Source of the DNA: a virus
DNA length: 64,000 nucleotides
Reading direction: 5' to 3' (one strand)
Virus record (IMG/VR): IMGVR_UViG_3300043419_000731
Location: 32,001-96,000 of that record
Shown: positions 1 to 8,697 of the stretch, piece after piece
Layout of the letters: every line of letters starts with the position of its first letter
Position numbering within the stretch: position 1 is the stretch's first letter
Notes under the pieces: generated by a model
Databases searched by the model: none
What the model was told of the DNA's origin: nothing
Seen by the model: only the letters and a program-made list of their open reading frames with translations
Position numbers and translations under genes: made by a program

Positions 1-43
1 AGATACATCTACAAGTAATTTATGCTTTGATGACATACTTTTA

Positions 44-1054
44 GTGCCTAAGCATTCTAAAGTTGAAACAAGATATGATATCAAGATAGATACTGTAATT
101 GGCAACCCAAATAATCCAGAGGCTTGGCTAGAAATGTGGACGCCATTTGTAATGGCTCCCATGGAGTTCATCACAAGTGATCAAATGATACACGCTCTAC
201 TTGGGTTTGGTGGAGTTGCATTTACTAATAGATTTAAGCCAAGAGAAGAAAGAATATCTAAGTTTAAAAATCTGTTATTTGAAACACAGCATAAGAATAG
301 ACTTGGGTTTACCATAAGTAACCATGATATATTTGCTGACGAACCACTCATAAAGGAGTTTGTTTCTGCAGGCGGAAAGCTTTTGTTAATCGATACAGCC
401 TTTGGACACCTACAATACTCTATAGATTCAGTTAAAAGACTTAGGGAGCTTGTTCCAAACCATGTACATATCATGACAGGAAACGTCTCTTCTTATGAAG
501 CTTATCGTGACCTCATGGAGGCAGGGGCGGACTCAGTAAGAGTAGGTATTGGTGGAGGAGCTGCTTGTACCACAAGAGTTGTAACTGGTTTTGGCGTACC
601 AGTTCTAGGATCTTTAATTGATGTGTATAGTAAGGTAGACCCAAACCAAGTAAATGGTATTGTTTCAGATGGTGGAATCGTTTCAAATGGAGATATAGTT
701 AAGGCACTAGCTGCTGGCGCAAGTGCAGTAATGATGGGAAGTAGATTTGCTGGACATGAAGAGTGTGAGGGCCAAGAAGATGGCAAGTTCTTATTCAGAG
801 GTTTAGCATCTGCAGGAATCCAGATGGACCCAGTGACTGGAACAAAGCCTCCAGCAAACAGGTTTCACGTTGAAGGTGTATCAGGCTACATAGAAAATCG
901 TGGCCCAGTATCTGATACAATTAATCAAATGATTAACAACTGCAAAAGTGGTATGTCTTACTCTGGGTGTGAAAACTTAAAAACATTTAGAGAACAATCA
1001 AGTTACATAATAGTTTCAGCTCAGTCTCTTAAAGAGTCTGGGAACAGAATATAA
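44..1054 (+). CDS. guaB: IMP dehydrogenase / GMP reductase family protein (no CBS domain)
   Basis: Motifs [25 protein letters not shown] (catalytic Cys loop), [22 protein letters not shown] and EGV. IMPDH versus GMPR cannot be separated by eye. Confidence 0.85.
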   Translation: MPKHSKVETRYDIKIDTVIGNPNNPEAWLEMWTPFVMAPMEFITSDQMIHALLGFGGVAFTNRFKPREERISKFKNLLFETQHKNRLGFTISNHDIFADEPLIKEFVSAGGKLLLIDTAFGHLQYSIDSVKRLRELVPNHVHIMTGNVSSYEAYRDLMEAGADSVRVGIGGGAACTTRVVTGFGVPVLGSLIDVYSKVDPNQVNGIVSDGGIVSNGDIVKALAAGASAVMMGSRFAGHEECEGQEDGKFLFRGLASAGIQMDPVTGTKPPANRFHVEGVSGYIENRGPVSDTINQMINNCKSGMSYSGCENLKTFREQSSYIIVSAQSLKESGNRI

Positions 1055-1065
1055 AGGAGAAAAAA

Positions 1066-1683
1066 ATGGCAGCAAAAGGAAGCCTTGAAGCAATCATTGA
1101 GGTTGCAAAGAAAGAAATTGGGACAATTGAAGGTCCAAAAGATAACGAAACAAAGTATGGTAAGTGGACAGGTGCAAACTTTCTACCATGGTGCCAGTCA
1201 TTTGTTTCATGGTGTGCATTTACTGCAGGCTTAGATCCAAAGAAGTATCCTAAGAGCGCAGCAACAGTAGCAGCATCTGACTGGTTCAAGAAGAATGAAA
1301 GATGGTCTGATGCTCGTAATGATGATCCACAGGCAGGAGACTGGATCTATTTTGATTTCCCAGATGATGGTGTCAATCGCATTTCACATGTAGGACTTTG
1401 TATTAAGAACAATGGCGATGGAACAATCCAGGTTATTGAAGGAAACACTTCAGGAACTGCTAAGGGAGATCAGCGCAATGGCGGAATGTGCGTAGAGAAA
1501 ACTCGTGGATATGTCAAGGACAACAAGAAGAAGCTGCTCAATGCAGTTGTTGGCTGGGGACGACCAGTTTATGCTGGAGAAGAAGATGCCCCACTTCTAA
1601 ACAAGTTGGCACCAGCACCCGCAAAGAAAGCAGCACCTGCTAAGCCAGCAGCTAAAAAAGTAGCACCAAAAAAGACTAAATAA
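1066..1683 (+). CDS. CHAP-domain peptidoglycan amidase (endolysin-like) with Lys/Ala/Pro-rich tail
   Basis: PWCQSFVSWC, SHVG and IEGNT are CHAP catalytic Cys/His motifs; C-terminal PAKKAAPAKPAAKK. Confidence 0.85.
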   Translation: MAAKGSLEAIIEVAKKEIGTIEGPKDNETKYGKWTGANFLPWCQSFVSWCAFTAGLDPKKYPKSAATVAASDWFKKNERWSDARNDDPQAGDWIYFDFPDDGVNRISHVGLCIKNNGDGTIQVIEGNTSGTAKGDQRNGGMCVEKTRGYVKDNKKKLLNAVVGWGRPVYAGEEDAPLLNKLAPAPAKKAAPAKPAAKKVAPKKTK

Positions 1684-2090
1684 TGTACGAATACTACGTT
1701 AGAAAAGTTGAAGGTGTAGTCGATGGGGACACAATAGATGTCCTCATCGACCTTGGCTTTGATATATTGTTTGCTTCTAGAGTTAGACTGGCTGGCATAG
1801 ACACACCAGAGTCAAGAACAAAAGATTTGGCAGAAAAGAAGCTTGGGCTAGAAGCTAAAGAGTATCTTAAATATAAATTAAAGGATGCTAAGTCTGTAAA
1901 GATTAAGACTGAAAAAATGGATTCGTCAGAAAAATATGGAAGAATACTGGGCTGGATATTTGTAGACGATCAGACTGTATCTATAAATGAGCAGATGATT
2001 TCAGATGGATATGCTTGGGGATACCTTGGGGACACAAAAGTTAAAGATTTTGAAGCCCTAGCAAAAGCGAGAGCAAACTCTAAAAAGTAG
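1683..2090 (+). CDS. Thermonuclease (SNase-like) family nuclease
   Basis: VVDGDTIDV, VRLAGIDTPE, KYGRILG. Confidence 0.9.
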   Translation: MYEYYVRKVEGVVDGDTIDVLIDLGFDILFASRVRLAGIDTPESRTKDLAEKKLGLEAKEYLKYKLKDAKSVKIKTEKMDSSEKYGRILGWIFVDDQTVSINEQMISDGYAWGYLGDTKVKDFEALAKARANSKK

Positions 2091-2120
2091 TTGCAATCTG
2101 CACCTACAAAATGATATAAT
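2091..2120 (+). promoter_or_regulatory. Sigma70/SigA-type promoter for hsp20
   Basis: TTGCAA (2091-2096), 18-nt spacer, TATAAT (2115-2120) preceded by TG. Confidence 0.65.
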
Positions 2121-2179
2121 AGATTAGTACCTGCCGAAATGGGGGTACTAATTTAACTCGCTTAAAAGGAGCAAAAAAA

Positions 2180-2596
2180 ATGGTAACAAATTTCGCCATG
2201 GATCTTTTCAAGGATCCATTTTTTATTGGTTTCAACCGAGAGTTGGAACGTTTTAACAGTCTAAGCAAAGTAAACAATACAGCGTTTCCGCCGTATGATT
2301 TGCTAAAGCTTGATGAGGATAACTATCAATTGTCTTTGGCAGTTGCTGGATTCACAAGAGATGATCTAACTGTATCGATTGAGGACGGAAGTCTTTGGAT
2401 TACAGGTGAAATCAAAGAGGTCTTAGATGCAGAAGTTGTTCATAAAGGAATAGCTGCACGTAAGTTTACAAGAATCTTTGAGCTTAGTGAATACATGGAA
2501 GTATCCAATGTTGAGCTAAAGGATGGAATGCTACATATCAATGTGGTACGAAACATCCCAAAGGAAAAGCAACCAAAAGTCCTAAAAATTAAATAA
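2180..2596 (+). CDS. hsp20: Small heat-shock protein (Hsp20/IbpA-like)
   Basis: FPPYDL, LAVAGF, HKGIAARKFTRIF, LKDGML; AGGAG RBS. Confidence 0.92.
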   Translation: MVTNFAMDLFKDPFFIGFNRELERFNSLSKVNNTAFPPYDLLKLDEDNYQLSLAVAGFTRDDLTVSIEDGSLWITGEIKEVLDAEVVHKGIAARKFTRIFELSEYMEVSNVELKDGMLHINVVRNIPKEKQPKVLKIK

Positions 2597-2600
2597 CATT

Positions 2601-2672
2601 CTGTACGTCGGTGGACATCGGGATATGTAGGAAGCGTACAGCGTACACCTGAGCATGTGTTTAAAAGGCTCA
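2601..2672 (+). ncRNA. Candidate structured RNA element (hairpin plus H-type pseudoknot)
   Basis: CTGTACG 2601-07 pairs with CGTACAG 2635-41; ACAC 2645-48 with GTGT 2657-60; TGAGC 2650-54 with GCTCA 2668-72. Confidence 0.4.
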
Positions 2673-2690
2673 CTATAGAAAAGGGAAGCA

Positions 2691-2873
2691 ATGCCAGTAT
2701 ACGAATATAAGTGTGAATGCAATGATAAGGTTGTTCCATTCAACATGTCAATTAAAGACTATCAGCCTAATCAAACCTGTGTTGATTGTGGTAAAGATAT
2801 GCAAAGACATTACACGCCAACAGGAATTCAGTTTAAAGGTAATGGCTTCTACAAAACAGATAATCCTAAGTAG
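2691..2873 (+). CDS. FmdB-type zinc-ribbon protein
   Basis: MPVYEYKCEC...CVDCG...FKGNGFYKTD. Confidence 0.8.
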   Translation: MPVYEYKCECNDKVVPFNMSIKDYQPNQTCVDCGKDMQRHYTPTGIQFKGNGFYKTDNPK

Positions 2874-2940
2874 TTTAAACTAACATTCTGCTATAATTAC
2901 TAAGTAATCAAAAATATTGCATTACTTAGGGGATCCTTAG

Positions 2941-5289
2941 TTGACTAGAAAGATTAAGTATTATCTAACCAGCCTTTTTATAATCGGCTGGCTTTTCCTT
3001 TTTGGACCTAGCATAGCAAGTGCTGATGAAGTTACTGTTCAAGTAACACCAGTAAATCCTTCTTCAGATACCGCCACAGCAACCACTCCTATTACAGTTG
3101 AGATAGTTGCAAATAAAGTAGAAGCAGCAGAAACAACACTACAGGCAGCAGCACAAACACAAAGCAATGCGATCATATCTGCAATTCAGGCAAATGTTCC
3201 AAATACAGACACTCAGACTGCTACTCAAATTGCTACAACTCAAGAGCCGATTGCAACTGCGGTTGCAGAGGCTACAGTCAAGGTTCAAGAGGCTAATAAT
3301 GTAATTCAATCTGCTGAGACAGCAGTAACAGTTGCAGTAACTGCCCAAGCAGCGGTTGAATCACAAACTGCTGTGGTTGCTACAGCAATTACAACAGTAG
3401 AGTCAGCCACAGCAGTAGTTGCTACTGCAACAGAGAATGTAGTATTGGCAACAGCAGCTGTAGAATCTCAAACAGCTGTAGTACAATTAGATACGCTGGC
3501 TGTAGCAGAAGCACAATCTACTGTACAAGAATTCACCAGTCCTGGATTAAAAGTAGAAGTTTACAATGTACAGGGTCAGAACAACGCTCCAGTACTTCCA
3601 GACAATGCTGTTCCTATTCATACAACTGTTGACACTAACGGGATTAATGAGCAATGGGGTGGCGGAAACGTCGCTGGTTCTAACCGTAGTGAGGATGTAA
3701 TTGTTAAATACACAGGAACTTGGACGCCTTCAGTTGATGTAACTCATGTTCTTGCTCCAGCAGATGATGGTGTAAAACTTTATCTTGATGGTCAGATTGT
3801 TATTAACGACTGGTATGATAAAGGCGGAGGAGGAAGCGTTAATCAGGTTTCTGTATCCGCTGGAACTAGCAAAGCTTTTGAGTTGTGGTACTACGAAAAC
3901 GGTGGTGGTGCTGGTGTTTGGTTCTACCGTTATAACTCATTAACAGGCTGGATAATAGCACCTGGTTCTGAGTTTTCTCAATCATCTGCCAGCCCAGAAC
4001 AGTTAGCGGCACTACAAGCTGCTCAGAACATTCTTGCTAGTGATACGGCAGTACTAACAACCCTCACAGCAGAAAAAACAGAGGCTGAAACAAATCTAAC
4101 AAACGCTCAATCAAACCTAACATCTGCTGAAACAAACCTAACAACAGAACAACAAAACCTCACAATAGCAAATCAAAACCTAACAATTGCTATTCAGACA
4201 GCAGATTCTTTTGCAAATACAGCAACAACAAAAGTAAATGAAGCAGTAACTGCAATGACAAATGCGGCACAGGTTACAGTTAATTATTATGCAGAGCAAC
4301 AAGCAGCAGCACAGGCCGCTGCAAATGCAGCAGCGGAAGCTGCAGCGCAAAGAGCAGCTGCACAAGTAGCAGCAACGGAAGCTGCCGCCAAAGCAGCAGC
4401 GGAAGCTGCAGCAAAGGCAGAAGTAGAAGCCAAAGCAGCAGCGGAAGCTGCAGCAAAGGCAGAAGCAGATCGTGTAGCCGCAGAGGAAGCCGCTGCTAAA
4501 GCAGAGGCTGATCGTGTAGCAGCAGAAGAAGCTGCAGCAAAGGCTGAAGTTGAAGCAAAAGAACAAGCAGAAGCAGATGCTAAGGCTGAAGCAGATAGAT
4601 TAGAAGCAGAGGCAAAAGCGGCAGCTCAGGCAGAAGCAGATGCTAAGGCTGAAGCAGAGGCAAAAGCTCAAGAAGAAGCAAACGCTAAAGCAGAAGCGGA
4701 GGCTAAAGCACAAGAAGCAGCAGATGCAAAAGCAGAAGCTGAAGCAAAAGCTGCAGAGCTAGAAACGGCAAAAAAAGAAGCAGAAAAATTAAAGAAAGCA
4801 GCAGCGGAAGGAAAGTTAAGTGAAGAGCAAAAGGAAGTTGTTGTAGAAAAACTACTTGAATCAATTGAGCCTGGAAAAACAGTTTCATCTGCAGATATAA
4901 AAGCAGCAGGCGTATCTTATTCCGATTTACCACCAACAACACCAGTAGATGTTCGTACTGATGAAAATGGAAATGCGGTTGTAATTACCGCAGCAGTTGC
5001 TGCTCAAGTAGAATTACTACAAAACCCAGGAGCTCTTGTAGAAGAATTATTTACAAATCCAGCGGCAGCATTAGCTGCATTTGGAAGTATAGGTGCAGAT
5101 ATGTCAGATGAAGAAAGAGAAGAAGCAACAGACATGGTTGTTGCTACAGTTGTAGCAGCAGGTGCAGCAATTAACGCAGCAGCAGTTGCTACAGGAGGAG
5201 CCACTGGAGGTGGCACAGGAGGCGGAGGAAGTTCTGGTGGAGGCTCAGGAGCAAATTCACCAGGTTCACGAGGAGGAAGAAGATGGTAA
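2941..5289 (+). CDS. Secreted/membrane-anchored protein with PA14 domain and TolA-like Ala/Glu/Lys repeat
   Basis: N-terminal signal peptide; ADDGVKLYLDGQIVINDW and YYENGGGA are PA14 motifs; long AEAEAKA helix; hydrophobic C-terminal segment and Gly-rich tail. Confidence 0.75.
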   Translation: MTRKIKYYLTSLFIIGWLFLFGPSIASADEVTVQVTPVNPSSDTATATTPITVEIVANKVEAAETTLQAAAQTQSNAIISAIQANVPNTDTQTATQIATTQEPIATAVAEATVKVQEANNVIQSAETAVTVAVTAQAAVESQTAVVATAITTVESATAVVATATENVVLATAAVESQTAVVQLDTLAVAEAQSTVQEFTSPGLKVEVYNVQGQNNAPVLPDNAVPIHTTVDTNGINEQWGGGNVAGSNRSEDVIVKYTGTWTPSVDVTHVLAPADDGVKLYLDGQIVINDWYDKGGGGSVNQVSVSAGTSKAFELWYYENGGGAGVWFYRYNSLTGWIIAPGSEFSQSSASPEQLAALQAAQNILASDTAVLTTLTAEKTEAETNLTNAQSNLTSAETNLTTEQQNLTIANQNLTIAIQTADSFANTATTKVNEAVTAMTNAAQVTVNYYAEQQAAAQAAANAAAEAAAQRAAAQVAATEAAAKAAAEAAAKAEVEAKAAAEAAAKAEADRVAAEEAAAKAEADRVAAEEAAAKAEVEAKEQAEADAKAEADRLEAEAKAAAQAEADAKAEAEAKAQEEANAKAEAEAKAQEAADAKAEAEAKAAELETAKKEAEKLKKAAAEGKLSEEQKEVVVEKLLESIEPGKTVSSADIKAAGVSYSDLPPTTPVDVRTDENGNAVVITAAVAAQVELLQNPGALVEELFTNPAAALAAFGSIGADMSDEEREEATDMVVATVVAAGAAINAAAVATGGATGGGTGGGGSSGGGSGANSPGSRGGRRW

Positions 5290-5462
5290 GAATAATAAAG
5301 AATATCCTAAAGGATATGGTAGACCAAGCATGGACGCTTCTCGGTATGTTTATTGCTTGGGTAGTTCTGGACGGAAGTGCAAAGACAATTGTTGGATATG
5401 GAATTATAGCTACAACTGCCCTTTGGATTATTACAAGCCCGATCAGAAATAGAGAGGAATAA
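5283..5462 (+). CDS. 59-aa two-TM membrane protein (below ORF-track cutoff)
   Basis: Hand translation MVRIIKNILKDMVDQAWTLLGMFIAWVVLDGSAKTIVGYGIIATTALWIITSPIRNREE; overlaps the upstream stop; GGAGG upstream. Confidence 0.65.
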   Translation: MVRIIKNILKDMVDQAWTLLGMFIAWVVLDGSAKTIVGYGIIATTALWIITSPIRNREE

Positions 5463-5464
5463 AA

Positions 5465-5755
5465 ATGGCAAAAGCGTATATTGAAGAACCGCAGCATGTA
5501 GGCGGAGGAGCAATTGCAAGCATAAATAATATTATTGCTAGAATTGTAGCTGTATTTGCAGCTTCTGGACTTTCAGTAATTGGAGCAGGTGCAGTAGTTG
5601 GAATTAGCACAGCTAAAGCAGTAATTTTAGCAGGAACTTTAGGAGTAGCAACAGTAGTTGAAAAGCTTGCTCGTGGATTTCTAGATGATGGCAAATTAAC
5701 TGTAGATGAGATTAATGCAGCATTCTCAGCAGTAGACAAAAAATCTGCTAAGTAA
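5465..5755 (+). CDS. Small membrane protein
   Basis: Two hydrophobic segments; GAGGA RBS; tight operon spacing. Confidence 0.7.
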   Translation: MAKAYIEEPQHVGGGAIASINNIIARIVAVFAASGLSVIGAGAVVGISTAKAVILAGTLGVATVVEKLARGFLDDGKLTVDEINAAFSAVDKKSAK

Positions 5756-5770
5756 TGATATAATTAGAGC

Positions 5771-5920
5771 ATGAATAAATATCGCATAAAATTAGATGTA
5801 GAGGTAGAAGTAGAAGCCTTTAATGCTGAAGATGCAAGCGAATATATTCATGATATATTTAATATAGATGACGAAATTAAAAAGATTAATATCGTAAAAA
5901 TATCACCATTAAATCATTGA
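5771..5920 (+). CDS. 49-aa hypothetical protein
   Basis: MNKYRIKLDVEVEVEAFNAEDASEY...; follows a TGATATAAT promoter-like site (hand translation). Confidence 0.5.
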   Translation: MNKYRIKLDVEVEVEAFNAEDASEYIHDIFNIDDEIKKINIVKISPLNH

Positions 5921-5960
5921 CAAGGCCACTGTACAGAGTGTATAATTATACAGTACAGTG
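5917..5960 (+). promoter_or_regulatory. Consensus promoter for the tRNA pair, overlapped by a palindrome
   Basis: TTGACA 5917-22, N18, TATAAT 5941-46; perfect 14-bp palindrome TGTATAATTATACA 5939-52. Confidence 0.75.
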
Positions 5961-5973
5961 GTTTTGTGCATAT

Positions 5974-6046
5974 TGGTCCATAGCTCAGTTGGTAGAGCGC
6001 CAAACTGTTAATTTGGATGTCCCAGGATCGAGACCTGGTGGACCAG
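5974..6046 (+). tRNA. tRNA-Asn(GTT)
   Basis: Acceptor TGGTCCA/TGGACCA; D-arm GCTCAGTTGGTAGAGC; anticodon arm CCAAA-CTGTTAA-TTTGG; T-loop ATCGAGA (atypical); no encoded CCA. Confidence 0.9.
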
Positions 6047-6051
6047 CATAT

Positions 6052-6133
6052 GCCCGAATGGTGGAATCGGTATACACGACAGACTTAAAATTTGTTGCTT
6101 CACAGCATGTCGGTTCAAGTCCGACTTCGGGTA
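6052..6133 (+). tRNA. tRNA-Leu(TAA)
   Basis: Acceptor GCCCGAA/TTCGGGT; anticodon arm ACAGA-CTTAAAA-TTTGT; long variable arm; T-loop TTCAAGT. Confidence 0.92.
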
Positions 6134-6152
6134 CTAGAAAAGGTAAAGTAAT

Positions 6153-6386
6153 TTGTTACATTTAACGGAGAAAGGTGTTGAGATTTTTATCAAAAGGTCT
6201 CAATCAAAAACACAAGATTCATTTTGGAATAACTATGACCTTGTGATTTGGAAAAAAGATAACGGCGGCTATAGTTCTGTTGACGGAATGTATAGAAAAG
6301 ATGCTTGGGGCAAGTCAGAAAAAATTTCTGTCAGCCGTGAAGGAATTTGGAAGCTGCCAAAAAAATATGTCAAGTATTTTAAATAA
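6153..6386 (+). CDS. Hypothetical phage protein
   Basis: 77-aa ORF directly after the tRNAs, overlapping the whiB start. Confidence 0.6.
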   Translation: MLHLTEKGVEIFIKRSQSKTQDSFWNNYDLVIWKKDNGGYSSVDGMYRKDAWGKSEKISVSREGIWKLPKKYVKYFK

Positions 6387-6678
6387 TTTAGGTATAGAAA
6401 AAGAAGATCCAAAATGGTGGGACCTTGCGCTATGTAAAGGCATGGATACCAATCTATTTTTTGATAAATATGAATCAGATATCAACATCGCAAAAAGCAT
6501 TGATGAGGCATGCTTGTCTTGTCCAGTAATAAAGATATGCCATGATAGCGGGATTGAAAATGCAGATTATGGGGTATGGGGTGGAGTATTCCTAAGCTCT
6601 GGATCAGTTGATAAATCTAGAAATGCACATAAGACTAAAGATGTGTGGAGAAGAATAAAGGAAAAACATGTTTATTGA
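6367..6678 (+). CDS. whiB: WhiB-family Fe-S transcription factor
   Basis: ALC...FF...AC.SCPV...C...GVWGG; likely start is ATG 6367 rather than 6280. Confidence 0.9.
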   Translation: MSSILNNLGIEKEDPKWWDLALCKGMDTNLFFDKYESDINIAKSIDEACLSCPVIKICHDSGIENADYGVWGGVFLSSGSVDKSRNAHKTKDVWRRIKEKHVY

Positions 6679-6988
6679 TAAGAACAAGAATCATTTTAAA
6701 TATGGAATTAATGAATGGACTGGTGAGCCAAATAAACCAGTATTCTATAATAAAGCAATGGCTCTAAAGATAAGAGAGTTAGCAAAGCCAACAAGTGCTT
6801 TGCAGATGGATATAGTCAAGTATCCAGAGTTTTTAGCTATAAGGTTATATGAAGATAACTTTGCACAATTTGATGGCTCAATGAGAGTCAGAGTAATAGA
6901 ATATGTAGAAATGGTAAAAAATATCTTGGAATCATATGGAGTAAGAGTTGAGCTTGAAGGAAAGCCAGGAGGAAAGAACAATGGATAA
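6668..6988 (+). CDS. Hypothetical phage protein
   Basis: ORF overlapping both neighbours. Confidence 0.6.
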   Translation: MFIDKNKNHFKYGINEWTGEPNKPVFYNKAMALKIRELAKPTSALQMDIVKYPEFLAIRLYEDNFAQFDGSMRVRVIEYVEMVKNILESYGVRVELEGKPGGKNNG

Positions 6989-7217
6989 GGTATTATGCTA
7001 CTCATGCAATAAGAGTAAAAATGAGCTAACTGCCAAGAAATCTTCGCTATTAGCAATCAACCTGTTGCTATGCAAGACATGCACAGAGAATAAGCTTGAG
7101 CCCCGCTGGATAGTTATCCTGGCTGGAAGACAATATGGCGCAGATCATGTTAAAGAGTTTATTGCTAAAAAGCGATATGTTGGCTTAGACATAACTGCAT
7201 CTGAATTATTAATCTAA
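6981..7217 (+). CDS. Small CxxC-CxxC (zinc-binding) protein
   Basis: CYSC...CKTC; GGAGG RBS before ATG 6981. Confidence 0.6.
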   Translation: MDKVLCYSCNKSKNELTAKKSSLLAINLLLCKTCTENKLEPRWIVILAGRQYGADHVKEFIAKKRYVGLDITASELLI

Positions 7218-7246
7218 TATAGATATTACGGTATAATATTCATATA

Positions 7247-7561
7247 ATGAATATTACTACGCAAATAATTATAACCTTATTTGCCGCTTCTATAAGCGGC
7301 TTGCTCACAGCGCAAGTAAATTCTAGAAGATTAAAAAAAGAAAAAGCTATTCAGGCTGCAGATAAAGCCCATGACCAGCTTTTACTTGAGGTAAAAGATC
7401 TTCAGATTAAGCTATATAAATTAGAAAAAGACTTGACCGAATGGAAGGAAAAGTATTTTGAGGCCCTTCAAGAATTAATTAAAGTCAAAGGCGAGCTAGA
7501 AAAGACTATGATTAGGCTCAGCCATGTAGAAATACATGAGGAAGAATTAAACGATATCTAG
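7247..7561 (+). CDS. N-terminal TM plus coiled-coil protein
   Basis: Hydrophobic first 22 aa, then heptad-rich L/E/K sequence. Confidence 0.6.
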   Translation: MNITTQIIITLFAASISGLLTAQVNSRRLKKEKAIQAADKAHDQLLLEVKDLQIKLYKLEKDLTEWKEKYFEALQELIKVKGELEKTMIRLSHVEIHEEELNDI

Positions 7562-7593
7562 CACTTCGAATTTATATTTAGTATACTAGAATC

Positions 7594-8151
7594 ATGACAT
7601 GTATAGTAGCCATTGCCCAAAATGGGGTAGTTTATATGGGATCAGATCACGCAGCATCAGATGATAAGACTGGATGGATACTTTCACGCAAAGAGCCAAA
7701 ATGTTTTAAAGTTGGACAGTATGGCGTTGCGTTTACAGATTCATTTAGAATGGGACAAATCTTACAGTACTCATGGGTCCCACCAAAGTACACTCCTACA
7801 AAAACAAACTCTGGATTAGATAAGTTTATGAGAACAAAGTTTATTGATTCAGTCAAGCAAGCATTCAAAGACGGCGGTTATGGAAGCATAGGGTCATCAT
7901 CCGATGAAGACACTGGAGGAATCTTTATTGTTGGAGTTGAAGGAAGAATCTTTACAATCGACGAAGACTTTCATGTTGGAGAAAATGTTGTTAACTACAT
8001 GGCGGAAGGCAGTGGTGGTCAGATAGCACTAGGAGCCTTATACGCAACAAAGAATCAAAAGAACCCTAAGCTAAGGCTAAAGGCTGCCCTAGAAGCTGCT
8101 ACAGAGTTTAACATGAGCGTAGCAGCCCCATATACATACATTCAAGTTTAG
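7594..8151 (+). CDS. HslV/proteasome-beta-like Ntn hydrolase (Thr nucleophile)
   Basis: M-TCIVAI...MGSD, K near position 33, GSG..IALGAL. Confidence 0.8.
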   Translation: MTCIVAIAQNGVVYMGSDHAASDDKTGWILSRKEPKCFKVGQYGVAFTDSFRMGQILQYSWVPPKYTPTKTNSGLDKFMRTKFIDSVKQAFKDGGYGSIGSSSDEDTGGIFIVGVEGRIFTIDEDFHVGENVVNYMAEGSGGQIALGALYATKNQKNPKLRLKAALEAATEFNMSVAAPYTYIQV

Positions 8152-8165
8152 TGTATAATTGAGTT

Positions 8166-8522
8166 ATGAAAACTTTCATAGCAGCATTGTCAGCACTTGG
8201 TTTATTTTCTGCATTCAAATCATTTAGATCAAGATATGCTGTAGGCATTTATTATATTGACAAGCTTGAAGAGGTTCAAGAGCAGATCAGAAAGGCCACT
8301 GGCCCATTTGATATAAATGATCTTAAGCCAGAAAACTATGACAACGCTATGGATGTCAGAGGCACCCCAACACATCTTTGCCCATGCGGTTGCAACATAT
8401 GGAATGTCAAGGTTATATTTGAAGACTTTGAGGTTGCAACATACTTCCTGGATATGGAATGCGCTAATTGTGGGACAATGGCGACAGCACCAACACTATT
8501 AGATAAAGAAAAGATGGAATGA
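8166..8522 (+). CDS. Membrane-anchored protein with C-terminal zinc ribbon
   Basis: N-terminal hydrophobic helix; CPCGC...CANCG. Confidence 0.55.
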   Translation: MKTFIAALSALGLFSAFKSFRSRYAVGIYYIDKLEEVQEQIRKATGPFDINDLKPENYDNAMDVRGTPTHLCPCGCNIWNVKVIFEDFEVATYFLDMECANCGTMATAPTLLDKEKME

Positions 8523-8697
8523 TTAAAAATAAAAAGATTAAAGAATTAGATAAAAAGATATTCGAGTTAGAGGCTAGGCTGGCTATTATGGAGTTACAGC
8601 TAAATAGTCTTATTATAAGCCAAAATCTAGATCTCGACGCAGAAAAATGGTACTAGAATACTATTGACAATCTACTATTATTTAGTAGAATTAAGGC

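Noticed and set aside
2641-2672. preQ1-I riboswitch
   Set aside because: The pseudoknot topology is similar, but the conserved preQ1 loop sequence is missing, the 3' strand is not the SD, and the downstream gene is unrelated to queuosine.
5917-6165. 82-aa ORF (and 27922-28170)
   Set aside because: They overlap well-formed tRNA genes and promoters.
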